DNA from: Sedimentisphaerales bacterium
Lineage (GTDB): Bacteria > Planctomycetota > Phycisphaerae > Sedimentisphaerales > SM23-30
Reading direction: 5' to 3'
NCBI GenBank assembly: GCA_963663965.2
Contig: CAXXFK010000042.1
Span: forward strand, 64,001-128,000
DNA length: 64,000 bases
The position numbers were made by a program, and so were the translations under genes. The notes beneath the pieces were generated by a model. That model was not told the origin of the DNA, made no database searches, and saw only the letters and a list, made by a program, of their open reading frames with translations. Positions 32,065 through 42,059 of this stretch are shown piece after piece (the first letter of the stretch is position 1; each line of letters starts with the position of its first letter).

Positions 32065-32946
32065 ATGGATATTATACAACTGTCTTATGGCAAAAATACC
32101 CCGGTAATCCGGTGTCTTGATCATGGTTTTGTGAGGTTAATAGACTGTTCTCCCCGGATATTGAATGATGGTGAAGTTTCTGCGGATTATGCCATCGCTG
32201 AAGCGGCGCGTTGCAGTTATATGCGCGGCAATAAAACGGTGATGGATGATCGCAACCTGATACGGTATTTAATGCGGCACAAACATACCTCGCCTTTTGA
32301 GATGATCACCTTTAAATTCCATTGGAAACTGCCAATATTTGTCGCCCGTCAGGTGATCCGGCATCGGACGGCCTCGCTCAACGAATTAAGCGGAAGATAT
32401 TCCGAGTTGCCGGAAGAGTATTTTATGCCAACTACCGATGGGTTACGTGCCAAAGGGGGATTGAATAAGCAGGGATCTTCCGGTTCGATTGAGGGGGAAT
32501 TAATCGACGAGCGATTAAAAGCGATGGGAGAGGTTCAGAAACAGTGTTTTGAGGTGTATCATGATAATCTGGATGCGAATGTGGCCCGTGAAATAGCCCG
32601 ATGTGTTTTGCCGGTCTCGACTTATACCGAATGGTATTGGCAGATGGATTTGCATAACCTGCTTCATTTTATGGATTTACGATGCGACAGCCATGCCCAG
32701 CAGGAAACCAGAGTCTTTGCCGAGGCGGTCCTTGAGTTGATTCGCCCGATTGTGCCAATTACCATTGAGGCCTGGGAAGATTACAGTCCGTATCGAGGAG
32801 GGATGATGTTGACCCGGATGGAGGTGGAGGCACTGAAGGCGATGTTGGTTAATAGTGAATTTCAGCCAGTGGAATCTGGCAGTAAGACAGAGAACGCGGA
32901 GTGGAAAGATAAGGTTGGGCGCCTGGGAATTGGTTTTTCGGAATAA
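32065..32946 (+). CDS. thyX: FAD-dependent thymidylate synthase
   Basis: HTSPFE, PIFVARQVIRHRTASLNELSGRY (RHR-x7-S), AREIARCVLP, NLLHFMDLR...HAQQE. Confidence 0.96.
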   Translation: MDIIQLSYGKNTPVIRCLDHGFVRLIDCSPRILNDGEVSADYAIAEAARCSYMRGNKTVMDDRNLIRYLMRHKHTSPFEMITFKFHWKLPIFVARQVIRHRTASLNELSGRYSELPEEYFMPTTDGLRAKGGLNKQGSSGSIEGELIDERLKAMGEVQKQCFEVYHDNLDANVAREIARCVLPVSTYTEWYWQMDLHNLLHFMDLRCDSHAQQETRVFAEAVLELIRPIVPITIEAWEDYSPYRGGMMLTRMEVEALKAMLVNSEFQPVESGSKTENAEWKDKVGRLGIGFSE

Positions 32947-32964
32947 TTTTGTATTCACTCGATT

Positions 32965-33008
32965 AAAAAAGGCGATTCGGGAATATATCCGCGACATCGC
33001 CTTTTTTT
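32965..33008. terminator. Bidirectional terminator
   Basis: AAAAAAGGCGAT...ATCGCCTTTTTTT between convergent genes. Confidence 0.7.
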
Positions 33009-33023
33009 CTAATATTTTCCGCT

Positions 33024-33740
33024 TTATTTGATTTTGCGACGCAAAAGCGCTATTCCGGATAAAGCTAATCCAATGGCTGAGGGAACAGGTACGGTGATGG
33101 TTGGATCGGACTGGTACAGAATTAAATTGACATTGTCAACGCCAACAGAGGTTAAGTTGTCCAACTGATTATCGGCATATAGGGCATAGGTCAGATTGTA
33201 ACTGCCCGATTCCAGCCACTGATATCCTGATTGCCAAGGGGTGCCATAATACTGGGGGACTGGTCCGGGATCGGCATGATTGGTCCATATGTTATAAGTT
33301 GTCTGGTTGTTATTACCTAAATTAGTCAAAATGGCCTTGAAATAATCGGATTCCGCGTCTGGTCCGGTTGTCCATAAATTCATTGCGACCGAATACAGAC
33401 CAGCCTGATCAACCTGGAACGAATCGCTAATCAACTGGAGAACATAATCCGGGCCGTCTGTTGCCTCTTCACCGCCAGAAGGAGAAAAGAAGTTTTCCTG
33501 CAGATAGGCGACGGTCGAGGTGGGATCAACGTAATTTCCACCTTCGGGGTAGAACGTGTGATAGATCTGGCCGGGATGGAATGATTCGCCGGAAGAGTTA
33601 TTGATAATATAGGAGTTGAATGTCCAATTTTGGACTTCATAGCCTGTGAGATCAAAACCGGCGTTTGGAATATCGATATTTGCCCATAGTCCTGATACTG
33701 CTATTAGAAAAACGATTAAAGCCAGCATGTTGTTTTTCAT
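33024..33740 (-). CDS. Exported protein with a PEP-CTERM/VPLPA-like sorting signal
   Basis: Signal peptide; C-terminus VPVPSAIGLALSGIALLRRKIK. Confidence 0.8.
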   Translation of the reverse strand: MKNNMLALIVFLIAVSGLWANIDIPNAGFDLTGYEVQNWTFNSYIINNSSGESFHPGQIYHTFYPEGGNYVDPTSTVAYLQENFFSPSGGEEATDGPDYVLQLISDSFQVDQAGLYSVAMNLWTTGPDAESDYFKAILTNLGNNNQTTYNIWTNHADPGPVPQYYGTPWQSGYQWLESGSYNLTYALYADNQLDNLTSVGVDNVNLILYQSDPTITVPVPSAIGLALSGIALLRRKIK

Positions 33741-34282
33741 TTTTATGCCCACATTGAATGTTAATTACTTATGCAGTTTTTAACAAAAACCTAAATCACC
33801 ATTCAAGTTTAATCCCAACGAAGGGTTAAAGTCCAATAATATTTTTGTTAAAATAGGGAAAAAGTGAATTTTTTTGCTCTTTGCAGGAATATGAGTCATA
33901 ATTGATTAAGTATTATTGATTTTTTGTTATAAATTGAATAAAGAAAGCAGGTGGTGTTATGATATAAATTGGCGCGGTCCGATGATATGCGGAATTGATG
34001 ATCATCTGTCCTGTCCGAACAAAAATGTTGGAGTCTGTGTTTCGAGTTTATATATATCACTTTGCTATTATTTTATTCATATTAAAATCCCGCTAATGAA
34101 ACATATCCTTTCCTGACGTTTAACAGGTCAGTCTGATCGGTCAATCGGTATCTTCGGTTGTTATTTAATTTGTTTTACTGTCTCCTGTAATCAGAACAAT
34201 GCTATTGGTGGGTTCTAATTTCCTGAAATGGGGGGTTCTCCGGGTATGGTTTGGATATATTTGGACAGGAAAGGATGTTGTG

Positions 34283-35203
34283 ATGAAAATAGAGCGTAAT
34301 GTCTTCGTTAAGGATGTGGTGGTAGTGTTATTTATATTGGGATTAATTTTTATAATTATATTACCTCTTTTAGGTCGATTTCGGGAAATGGGTGTTTGTA
34401 GAATCCAATGTGCTTCGGTGTTAAATGGGATTTCCAAGTCGATGGTTCTTTACGCAAATGACAACCGGGGGGCATACCCTTATGTCGGTCCCAAAGATAA
34501 TATCCATATGACATTTGGTATGGGATTGTATAACGAACCGGGCAAATTGGATACCTATCCACGCTGGGTTGATCCCGAATTCAATGATTGGGAACAACAG
34601 GCAACGGTGGGAGCCAGTTTGTATTTGCTGATTAAGTATACCGATCTGGTCCCCAAGATGTTTATCTGTCCATCTAGTGATGATGATCCGATAAAATTGG
34701 AACCGGCTATGATGACGCGGAGACGGATCTTTCCGGATGGACCACCTGTTGAGACTTATTGTGACTTGAATGATTTCCCTTCAATGCGAAATTTGAGTTA
34801 TTCTTACAATGATCCCTGGAAAAATCCTATAGATGATAGTGCCAATTCCGGCTTAGCAGTGTTAGCCGATAAAAGTCCAGCCTTTGATACTGAAACCGGC
34901 ATTCGCAATCTGGCTGCTGGTGATTTTCCTGCGCCACAGGTTGGGGACAGGGCGATGGACTGGTGTTCGACAAAACATAAATCGCAGTATGGCAATTCTT
35001 TAAATCATAACGGCGAATGTCAGAATGTGGGTTATGCTGATACCCATGTCAAAAAGGAGGAAACTCCATTGGTTGGAATTGAAGAGGATAATATCTTTAC
35101 CCGGTGGCACAGGACCGGTGAAAATGAACAATGGGATATCATTATTGGACGGTGGGATCAGGGGCACGCGGAAGATTTTTTTGACTCTTATCTGGGAAAT
35201 TGA
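34283..35203 (+). CDS. DUF1559-like prepilin-type protein
   Basis: Hydrophobic N-terminus, LPLLGRFRE...CASVL...YANDN, FICPS, H-X9-DG-like end HNGECQNVGYADTHV. Confidence 0.75.
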   Translation: MKIERNVFVKDVVVVLFILGLIFIIILPLLGRFREMGVCRIQCASVLNGISKSMVLYANDNRGAYPYVGPKDNIHMTFGMGLYNEPGKLDTYPRWVDPEFNDWEQQATVGASLYLLIKYTDLVPKMFICPSSDDDPIKLEPAMMTRRRIFPDGPPVETYCDLNDFPSMRNLSYSYNDPWKNPIDDSANSGLAVLADKSPAFDTETGIRNLAAGDFPAPQVGDRAMDWCSTKHKSQYGNSLNHNGECQNVGYADTHVKKEETPLVGIEEDNIFTRWHRTGENEQWDIIIGRWDQGHAEDFFDSYLGN

Positions 35204-35440
35204 GGTATAATATAAATAGAGAAATGTTAAATTCAGAAATAAAATTTATCACACCCAGAAGGACCGGCAGCATGATGAGCAACAACTCAATGAAAGGAGG
35301 TGGGGCCTATGACATAACCTTTTAATAGCAGGTATTTACTATCAGGAATGATGGCCTGCTGATTAAGAATCGCCCCTTATTTTGTATGGAATTATATATT
35401 TCTTAAATATTTTATTTTTGCGACTTAATCGACAGGTGAC

Positions 35441-35477
35441 CAGGCACGACCAAGAAAATGATCGTGCCTGTTTTATT
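35441..35477. terminator. Intrinsic terminator
   Basis: CAGGCACGA...TCGTGCCTG-TTTT. Confidence 0.6.
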
Positions 35478-35531
35478 GATTGAGCAGTAACACATAGTCT
35501 GTTAGAAATTATACGGATATAATGGAATTGT

Positions 35532-36050
35532 TTATGATTCAGTCAGATTTTTGGTGAAAATCCATTTATCATCGTTCGGAGCGTAGAAATCTTTGACGAC
35601 GGCGGCCATGAGATAGCCATTTCGCTCATAAAAGGCCCGGGTTGGGAGGTATCTTTCCGCACCGGAGGTTTCTATGACGATTAAACGTCCCTTCTGGTGT
35701 TTAATTTTCTGTTCGGCAAATTGCAGTAGTTTCGAGCCGATTTTGTGGCGCTGCCAGGTGGGATCCACCACAATCCAATAGATATCAAACGTTCCCAGCG
35801 TACAGGGGGTCGCGCCAAAACAAATCCATCCAGCCACTTGATGACCCGTTTCGGCGACATAGGATTGATAGTTACAATCGGGTTTTTCCATGGCGGCGTC
35901 GTCAAAAACTTCACAGGCGATTTCAACTTCGACCGGCCGGAAGAATCCGGTGGCTTTTACGCTGTCCAGAACGGCAGGATGGTCTTCAATGCCTGCTTTA
36001 CGGATATTGAATTTTGTGTCGTCAAGTTCTGAAATAAGTTGAGTTTTCAT
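35532..36050 (-). CDS. GNAT-family N-acetyltransferase
   Basis: TGFFRPVEVEIA, GWICFGATPCT, DIYWIVVDP..QRHKIG, IETSG, TRAFYERNGY. Confidence 0.9.
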   Translation of the reverse strand: MKTQLISELDDTKFNIRKAGIEDHPAVLDSVKATGFFRPVEVEIACEVFDDAAMEKPDCNYQSYVAETGHQVAGWICFGATPCTLGTFDIYWIVVDPTWQRHKIGSKLLQFAEQKIKHQKGRLIVIETSGAERYLPTRAFYERNGYLMAAVVKDFYAPNDDKWIFTKNLTES

Positions 36051-36079
36051 AAAGAGGGTGTTTCTATTAAGTTGGGTGT

Positions 36080-37108
36080 TTATGCAAAAGGCATATTGTT
36101 TTGTTGAAACCTTTGCCGGGCATTTTGAATCATACTAACCACAAATTGTTCATAGCTGATATTACCGGCGGCCAGCGCCGCGGCAAATCCGGCTTCCGGT
36201 GATATGTCAGGATTGGGATTCACTTCAAGAATGAAAGGATTCAGATCTTTATCCAGTCTGAAATCAACCCGGGCATAATCCCGGCATCCCAGTTGCTGCC
36301 AGGCAGCCAGCGCCAGATTTTCCACGATTTGAGCCACAGGGCTGGGTAAATCCGCAGGGATTTTACGAGGGGTGTGATGGTAACCAAATGAGCTGGTATT
36401 CCATTTGGCATCGTAATCCACGATTTTTGGCCGGTCATCCTGAAAAGCGGAGAAATCAATTTCGGCCAGGGGCATCACCAGGTATTCTCCATCCAGTTCG
36501 ATGACCGAGACATTTAACTCTCGGGCGGGAATATACTGTTCGATAATGACAGGTTGTTCAAATTGCCGCCATAACTGCTTTAGTAATTGTGACGTGCGAT
36601 CCAGCTCAGATGGCAACGTGACGACTGAATCCGAGGTAATTCCCTCGCTGGCGTCGCAAAACTGGGGTTTTAAAATATAACGGCCGGGAGTGAATTGGTT
36701 CCAGGGTATTGTTTCATCCGGATTTAAGGTGAACCCTGACGGACAGGGCAAACCGGCGTTCAGGAGTATGGATTTGGTATATGTTTTATTCTGGCTGAGT
36801 AAAAGCGTTGGTGAATCATTGCCGGTGCATGATTTACCGTAAACCTGGCAAAGCGCCGGAACATAACAGGCCTGATTGATGGCGCCAACGAATTCTTCCG
36901 CCAGATTAAAGCAGAGTGTTTCTGTACGGTCGGGCAGGATTTCAGCCAGGTGGCGTAAATTGTCAACCTGGATGGGAGTACAATCGAACCCGGAGAGTGT
37001 AAGGGCATATTCCACCGCGCGTACCTGGTCCATGACTCCGGCGCGGCTTTCGTAAAGCGGGTCATCTTGTGGGCCGAATGAGTTGTAAATGATCAGGACA
37101 CTTTCCAT
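36080..37108 (-). CDS. D-Ala-D-Ala ligase-like ATP-grasp protein (paralogue 2)
   Basis: FNLAEE, NKTYTK, ILKP..DASEGI, EQYIPARELNV, YDAKW, ARVDFR, LEVNPNPDI; start set at ATG 37108, overlapping the upstream gene. Confidence 0.88.
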   Translation of the reverse strand: MESVLIIYNSFGPQDDPLYESRAGVMDQVRAVEYALTLSGFDCTPIQVDNLRHLAEILPDRTETLCFNLAEEFVGAINQACYVPALCQVYGKSCTGNDSPTLLLSQNKTYTKSILLNAGLPCPSGFTLNPDETIPWNQFTPGRYILKPQFCDASEGITSDSVVTLPSELDRTSQLLKQLWRQFEQPVIIEQYIPARELNVSVIELDGEYLVMPLAEIDFSAFQDDRPKIVDYDAKWNTSSFGYHHTPRKIPADLPSPVAQIVENLALAAWQQLGCRDYARVDFRLDKDLNPFILEVNPNPDISPEAGFAAALAAGNISYEQFVVSMIQNARQRFQQNNMPFA

Positions 37109-38109
37109 TGTCTGATTCCGCGGGTTCCGGCCCGTTGAAAGGCGCTTTCCAGTATTGAACCGATTAAGGTCTGATAGCTCATGCCTTCCTGAGTGGCGAT
37201 CATGGGCAGGTCGGAATGGGTAGGATGTAAACCGGCAAGAGGATTCACTTCGATAAAACACGGCCGGCCGTTATGGTCACAACGGATATCGACACGACCG
37301 GCATCGCGGCACTCCAGAACCTGGTAACTGCGAACCGCCAGATGTTCCACTTCATCCCTCAGAGTCTGATTGTCCAGCAGGGGATGATAGAAGATTCTTG
37401 ATTCGCATTCTTCTTTGTTGAGATAGGAATAGATCGCCGGTTCGTTTCGGGCCAGCATTTCAATTTCCATGGTTCCAATGGCCCTGGCCTGGGCGCCGGT
37501 ACCAAGAATGCCTACCGTGAATTCGCGGCCGGGAAGAAACTCTTCGACCAGGGCTGGTTGACGATAGGTTTCGAGTAAATCGGCGCAGACCGTGCGCAAT
37601 TGCTCCGGGTTGTCAATTTTGGAATTCTGGTCTACCCCTTTGCCCGTGCCTTCGGCCAGGGGTTTGGCAAAGAGCGGGTATCGCAAAACCATTCCGTTCA
37701 GATCGGCTAACGTTTCAATGACGTCAAAAGCAGGCGTCGCCAGACCCTGTTGCGCGACAACGCGTTTGGCCATGGCTTTATCCAGGGTCAGGGCGCAGAC
37801 CAGTGCATCTGAAAACGTATAGGGGATGTCATACATATCCAGGAGAGCCGGTACAAAGGCTTCCCGACAGCGTCCGCCCAGTCCCTCGGCAATATTAAAA
37901 ACCATATCCCACCGGTGGCCGGCAACGAGCCGCATATTCAAGACCTTGCCATTACCGATGCGTTCGGTGAGATAGCCGCACGCTTCGATGGTTTCTTCCA
38001 GTGCGGTGATGGTTTCTTCTGAATCAAATTCCGCGACTTCAGCTTCGCTATAGCCCAGCGCCAGATAATCTGTTCTCAAGTCGTAAACCAGTCCTATTAA
38101 TGGTTTCAT
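37093..38109 (-). CDS. D-Ala-D-Ala ligase-like ATP-grasp protein (paralogue 1)
   Basis: AEFDSEETI, FNIAEG, DKAMAK, FAKPLAEGTGKG, EEFLPGREF, GRVDIR, IEVNPLAGL. Confidence 0.9.
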   Translation of the reverse strand: MKPLIGLVYDLRTDYLALGYSEAEVAEFDSEETITALEETIEACGYLTERIGNGKVLNMRLVAGHRWDMVFNIAEGLGGRCREAFVPALLDMYDIPYTFSDALVCALTLDKAMAKRVVAQQGLATPAFDVIETLADLNGMVLRYPLFAKPLAEGTGKGVDQNSKIDNPEQLRTVCADLLETYRQPALVEEFLPGREFTVGILGTGAQARAIGTMEIEMLARNEPAIYSYLNKEECESRIFYHPLLDNQTLRDEVEHLAVRSYQVLECRDAGRVDIRCDHNGRPCFIEVNPLAGLHPTHSDLPMIATQEGMSYQTLIGSILESAFQRAGTRGIRQWKVS

Positions 38110-38192
38110 TTTTGTTCCCTGTAAAATTAAGTATTGGTGAAAAAATGCTGCTATCTTTCGTTTATTAAAGTTGAGCCCGGTTATCCGTATGA

Positions 38193-39920
38193 TTATTTCA
38201 AAACTTCGGCAAATCCCTGAAACAGCGCGGTGGCGCCCATTCTGAGGTTTTTCAGATTATAGCCGCCTTCCTGAACGACCAGTGTCGGCATTTTGAGAGA
38301 CGCCAGAGTCTGGCCAATCGTTTTCATGGTCTGCCCGTTTAATCCGAAAGCCCCGGTCGGATCACCTTTCATAATGTCAAATCCCAGACTGACGACAAGA
38401 AACAACGGGGCAAATTTGCGGATCTGGATAATCGCTTTATCCAGGGTTTTAAGGTAAGCATCAGCACCGGCGTTGTCCGGCAGGCAGTAATTATGGTTAA
38501 ACCCTTTGCCGGGACCTTCCCCGGTTTCGTCGGCAAAACCAGAAAAGTAAGGATACGCCTCATTGGGATGGCCGTGGATCGAGAGGGTCAGGACGTCATT
38601 CCGGTTATAAAAAATATCCTGTGTTCCGTTGCCATGATGAAAATCGATATCCAGCGTGGCGACTTTACCCTGGCGGGAAAGTAACTGGGCGGCAATGGCT
38701 GCGTTATTGAAATAGCAGAAACCGCCAAAGCAGCGGTTTTCGGCATGGTGGCCGGGCGGGCGGCAAAGGGCATAGGCAACTCGACGCCCGCGTACAATTT
38801 CTTCAGACGCTGTCAGGGCGACATTGACGGCCAGCCGGGCGGCGTCGAACGCATTGTGGTCCAGCGGGGTAAAGGTGTCGATACAATAGTAACCCGCTCG
38901 AACAGCCAGATCATGCGGTTTACGTTCCGGCCTGCGAATAGGAAACACATAAGGATAAACCGGCCGCTTGGGTTTCAATTTCTGACAAACTGCTTTTAAA
39001 TAACGTACGAAATCTGCGTCGTGAACAGCCAGGATGTATTCCTGGCCAAAGTTGCGAGGCGGAATCGCATCAAAAAGCCCGGTTTTATCCAGCGCGGAAC
39101 GAATCGCCTGGACCCTGGCCGGGCGCTCGACGTAGCCGCGATCCTGAACGTGATGGACTTCATGGCCGATGCCGCATACCATGATAAATGGTTTTTGCAG
39201 CCGGTCGAAGCGTTTGGCAGGGGCTACAACTTCATTTTTGATGTAGCGGGGTTCACGAATACGCACGGGATCATCCGTAACCGACTCGACGACTTTTTCG
39301 ATATAATCAGGTGTTACCAGGTGAGAATATTTTTTTATCAGTATGGTACGCATGACGGAACGGCAGACATTGCGGCGAAGTGGCTTACCCCGGTCCAGAT
39401 CATCATAAAGCAGATGAGGCGCCGGAGAGTCGTCAATCGGTGTTTCGTAGGCTGTTCCTGCTATTGGCCGGACACCGTACCCTTCATAGAAGCGCAAACG
39501 TAGCTGGTTTTCTTTAAGGATTGCCGGATCAGTTACCAGGGCTGGATCGTCGGGCAGCGCTTCGAGATACAGCCCCTGGCAATCGATTCGTTTGAGGTAA
39601 TCGCGAGTGGCTTCATAGAGAGCGCCGCCGGAGCCACCACCACGGATATCACGACGAACCGCGATAAAATCGAGCCAGGCACAACGCATATTGGGAAAAT
39701 AAATGAACAGGGAAAAGCCAGTGACCTGTCCAGGCGCTTTTTCACAGACCAGCAACAAGGTCGTGTAACCGTACTTGATGGGATTTTCGAGCAGGTCCGG
39801 GATTTTATCGGCGTAATTGGAAACAGCAGAAAAATTCTGGCGAAAAATCTCCTGGACCTGGGCGATACGATCTTTATCAACCGGCAAAACAGTTTGATAG
39901 ACTCTGGCAATTCTGATCAT
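38193..39920 (-). CDS. GNAT-like domain fused to a histone deacetylase / acetylpolyamine amidohydrolase domain
   Basis: N-terminal WLDFIAV..DIRGGGSGGALY...RLRFYEGYG; C-terminal RPPGHHA, GFCYFNN, DIDFHHGNGTQ, SLGFD, QEGGY. Confidence 0.88.
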   Translation of the reverse strand: MIRIARVYQTVLPVDKDRIAQVQEIFRQNFSAVSNYADKIPDLLENPIKYGYTTLLLVCEKAPGQVTGFSLFIYFPNMRCAWLDFIAVRRDIRGGGSGGALYEATRDYLKRIDCQGLYLEALPDDPALVTDPAILKENQLRLRFYEGYGVRPIAGTAYETPIDDSPAPHLLYDDLDRGKPLRRNVCRSVMRTILIKKYSHLVTPDYIEKVVESVTDDPVRIREPRYIKNEVVAPAKRFDRLQKPFIMVCGIGHEVHHVQDRGYVERPARVQAIRSALDKTGLFDAIPPRNFGQEYILAVHDADFVRYLKAVCQKLKPKRPVYPYVFPIRRPERKPHDLAVRAGYYCIDTFTPLDHNAFDAARLAVNVALTASEEIVRGRRVAYALCRPPGHHAENRCFGGFCYFNNAAIAAQLLSRQGKVATLDIDFHHGNGTQDIFYNRNDVLTLSIHGHPNEAYPYFSGFADETGEGPGKGFNHNYCLPDNAGADAYLKTLDKAIIQIRKFAPLFLVVSLGFDIMKGDPTGAFGLNGQTMKTIGQTLASLKMPTLVVQEGGYNLKNLRMGATALFQGFAEVLK

Positions 39921-39949
39921 AATAACACCTCTGGCACATAAGATGCCTG

Positions 39950-41338
39950 TCAGGCATCGATCAGATAATGGTTGTTGGCACAGGAGGTATTTTTGCCCGT
40001 ATTTTTCTGGCGCCGATCCAATCGCTGGGTATGGGCCGGCTGGATCACATCGGCTTTGCCGGTAGCCAGTTCCCAGACCCCGGTTGTCTGGTTCGGATTA
40101 GAACCGGCAGGGGTTTGAGGCGCCATGTCATAGCCGGGTTCTGGATAGCTGACCAGCAGGCCTTCGTAATTACGCAATACGGTATGAGTCGGGCTCATGG
40201 AGACGACATAGGTCGGCGTTACCGGGAGTTTGCCGCCACCGTGAGGGGCATCAACGACAAAGGTGGGAATCGCAAAACCGGCAATTCTGCCACGTAGATA
40301 TTCCATGATTTCCATCCCTTTACGGACCGAGGTGCGGAAGTGTTCCACGCCCCGAACCAGATCGCACTGGTACAGGTAATAAGGCCGGACCCGGGTACGG
40401 ATCAAATTACGGCATAACTGTTCGATAATCAGCGGATCATCGTTAATGCCACGCAAGAGAACGGTCTGGTTGCCCAGAGGGATGCCGGCATCCGCCAGTT
40501 TGGCGCAGGCGGCGCGGGCTTCTTCGGTCAGTTCATTGGGATGATTAAAATGGGTATTGATCCACAAGGGATGATATTTTTTCAGCATGGCCACCAATTC
40601 GTCGGTAATGCGCATAGGGAGTACGACAGGCATACGGGTCCCGATACGGATTACCTGAACGGATTCGACCGCTCGCAACGCGCTTAAGACGGATTCCAGC
40701 GCGGAGTCAGACATGGTCAGGGGATCTCCACCCGAAACAATGACATCGCTGATTTCGGGGTGATTGCTGAGATATTCCTGAACCTGGCGCAGACGGCGGG
40801 GGGAAATCGCATTTTCGCGGGTACCGGCGATGCGTTTGCGGGTGCAATGACGGCAATACATGGAGCACATGGTGGTGGCAATGAGTAATGCCCGGTCCCG
40901 ATATCGGTGTACGAGTCCCGGAACCGGCATGTCTTCATGCTCTTCCAGCGGATCGTCGGTCAGGCAGGGGGGATCGTACAATTCCTGGATATTGGGTACG
41001 CTCATGCGAAAGATCGGATCAGATAAATCGGCCTGCTGGATCAGCGAGGCGTAATAGGGGGTAATGGCCATGGGGTATTTGTCGACGACCTTTTGGAGTT
41101 CGGTTCGCCCTGGCAATCCGACCAGATATTTTGACAGTTGTTCCAGACTACGGATACGATTGCGCAACTGCCAGCGCCAGTCGTTCCACTGGCTCGATTT
41201 TTTACATAAAGGGGTATTTCCCGATGGGCAGGTGGAGGGCGTCGAGTTCGCCCTCTGTGTACTCGGAGGTTCTAAAGGTTCGGCAGACGCGTCAGTCTCG
41301 ACCGATTCAATAACGACCGTTTGTGTTTGCTGTTGCAT
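39950..41338 (-). CDS. KamA-family radical SAM/PLP aminomutase (lysine 2,3-aminomutase-like)
   Basis: WNDWRWQLRN, DPLEE, HRYRDR, CSMYCRHCTR, SGGDPL, RIGTR, THFNHP, NQTVLLRGIND, PYYLYQCD, DAPHGGGK. Confidence 0.93.
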   Translation of the reverse strand: MQQQTQTVVIESVETDASAEPLEPPSTQRANSTPSTCPSGNTPLCKKSSQWNDWRWQLRNRIRSLEQLSKYLVGLPGRTELQKVVDKYPMAITPYYASLIQQADLSDPIFRMSVPNIQELYDPPCLTDDPLEEHEDMPVPGLVHRYRDRALLIATTMCSMYCRHCTRKRIAGTRENAISPRRLRQVQEYLSNHPEISDVIVSGGDPLTMSDSALESVLSALRAVESVQVIRIGTRMPVVLPMRITDELVAMLKKYHPLWINTHFNHPNELTEEARAACAKLADAGIPLGNQTVLLRGINDDPLIIEQLCRNLIRTRVRPYYLYQCDLVRGVEHFRTSVRKGMEIMEYLRGRIAGFAIPTFVVDAPHGGGKLPVTPTYVVSMSPTHTVLRNYEGLLVSYPEPGYDMAPQTPAGSNPNQTTGVWELATGKADVIQPAHTQRLDRRQKNTGKNTSCANNHYLIDA

Positions 41339-41365
41339 GGTTGGGTGTCCCTCTGTCAATGTTAG

Positions 41366-42052
41366 TTATACGGTACCTTGATTAATTAAAAAGGAATATA
41401 AACTTTTGACAAAACTCTGTCGTAAAGGCTTGATACTTGTCTCAATTTCATCGGCGTCCATGCCTATCATTGCAAACGAGAAGAAACCGAAAACGAATCC
41501 TGCCACCGCGCAGGCAAATCGTCGAATTCGGACAATATCCACTTTTTCCGGAACATGGGGAGACAGGATCGTTTCCAGCAGTTCCAGATATCGATTGAAA
41601 GGCTCTTCCAACTGGTTGGATATCAGCCGGTCCAGTTTGAGGAACAAGCGGCCCTGGAATAAAAGAATAAATTCTTCATTATGGTTCAGAAAGAACCTGT
41701 AATGAACGTTAATAATATGGTCAAGAATGTCTTCGATCGATCGGGGATCGGTCATAGACTGAATTTTATCGATTAACTTGTCAATGGCTTCAGTCACTAG
41801 AACGGCGGTGATTTCTGCTTTATCGGAAAAGTGGCGGTAAAAGGTGCCTTTGCCCAGATCGGCCTTTTGGGTAATATCTTCAATCGTCGTGGCATCAACT
41901 CCGTAATCACAAAATGAGTGGAGCGCCGCATCCAGTAATTTTCGCCGGGTTTTCATGGTCCGTTTATCGGACCTGGTGGCTGGGCGTGAATCCTGGTTGA
42001 TTTCGAATAAGTAGTTTTCAGTTGTTTGTTTATTTTCTGTCATAGTATTCAT
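41366..42052 (-). CDS. TetR/AcrR-family transcriptional regulator
   Basis: TRRKLLDAA...TTIEDITQKADLGKGTFYRHFSDK. Confidence 0.93.
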   Translation of the reverse strand: MNTMTENKQTTENYLFEINQDSRPATRSDKRTMKTRRKLLDAALHSFCDYGVDATTIEDITQKADLGKGTFYRHFSDKAEITAVLVTEAIDKLIDKIQSMTDPRSIEDILDHIINVHYRFFLNHNEEFILLFQGRLFLKLDRLISNQLEEPFNRYLELLETILSPHVPEKVDIVRIRRFACAVAGFVFGFFSFAMIGMDADEIETSIKPLRQSFVKSLYSFLINQGTV

Positions 42053-42059
42053 CAGTACT

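Noticed and set aside
36080..38109. Calling these genes ddl
   Set aside because: They lack the canonical GGxSxE(H/R) and LHG motifs and lie outside a cell-wall cluster.
39932..39948. Sigma-54-like TGGCAC-N5-ATGCC on the + strand
   Set aside because: Points antisense into the aminomutase gene with no downstream + strand gene; likely chance.
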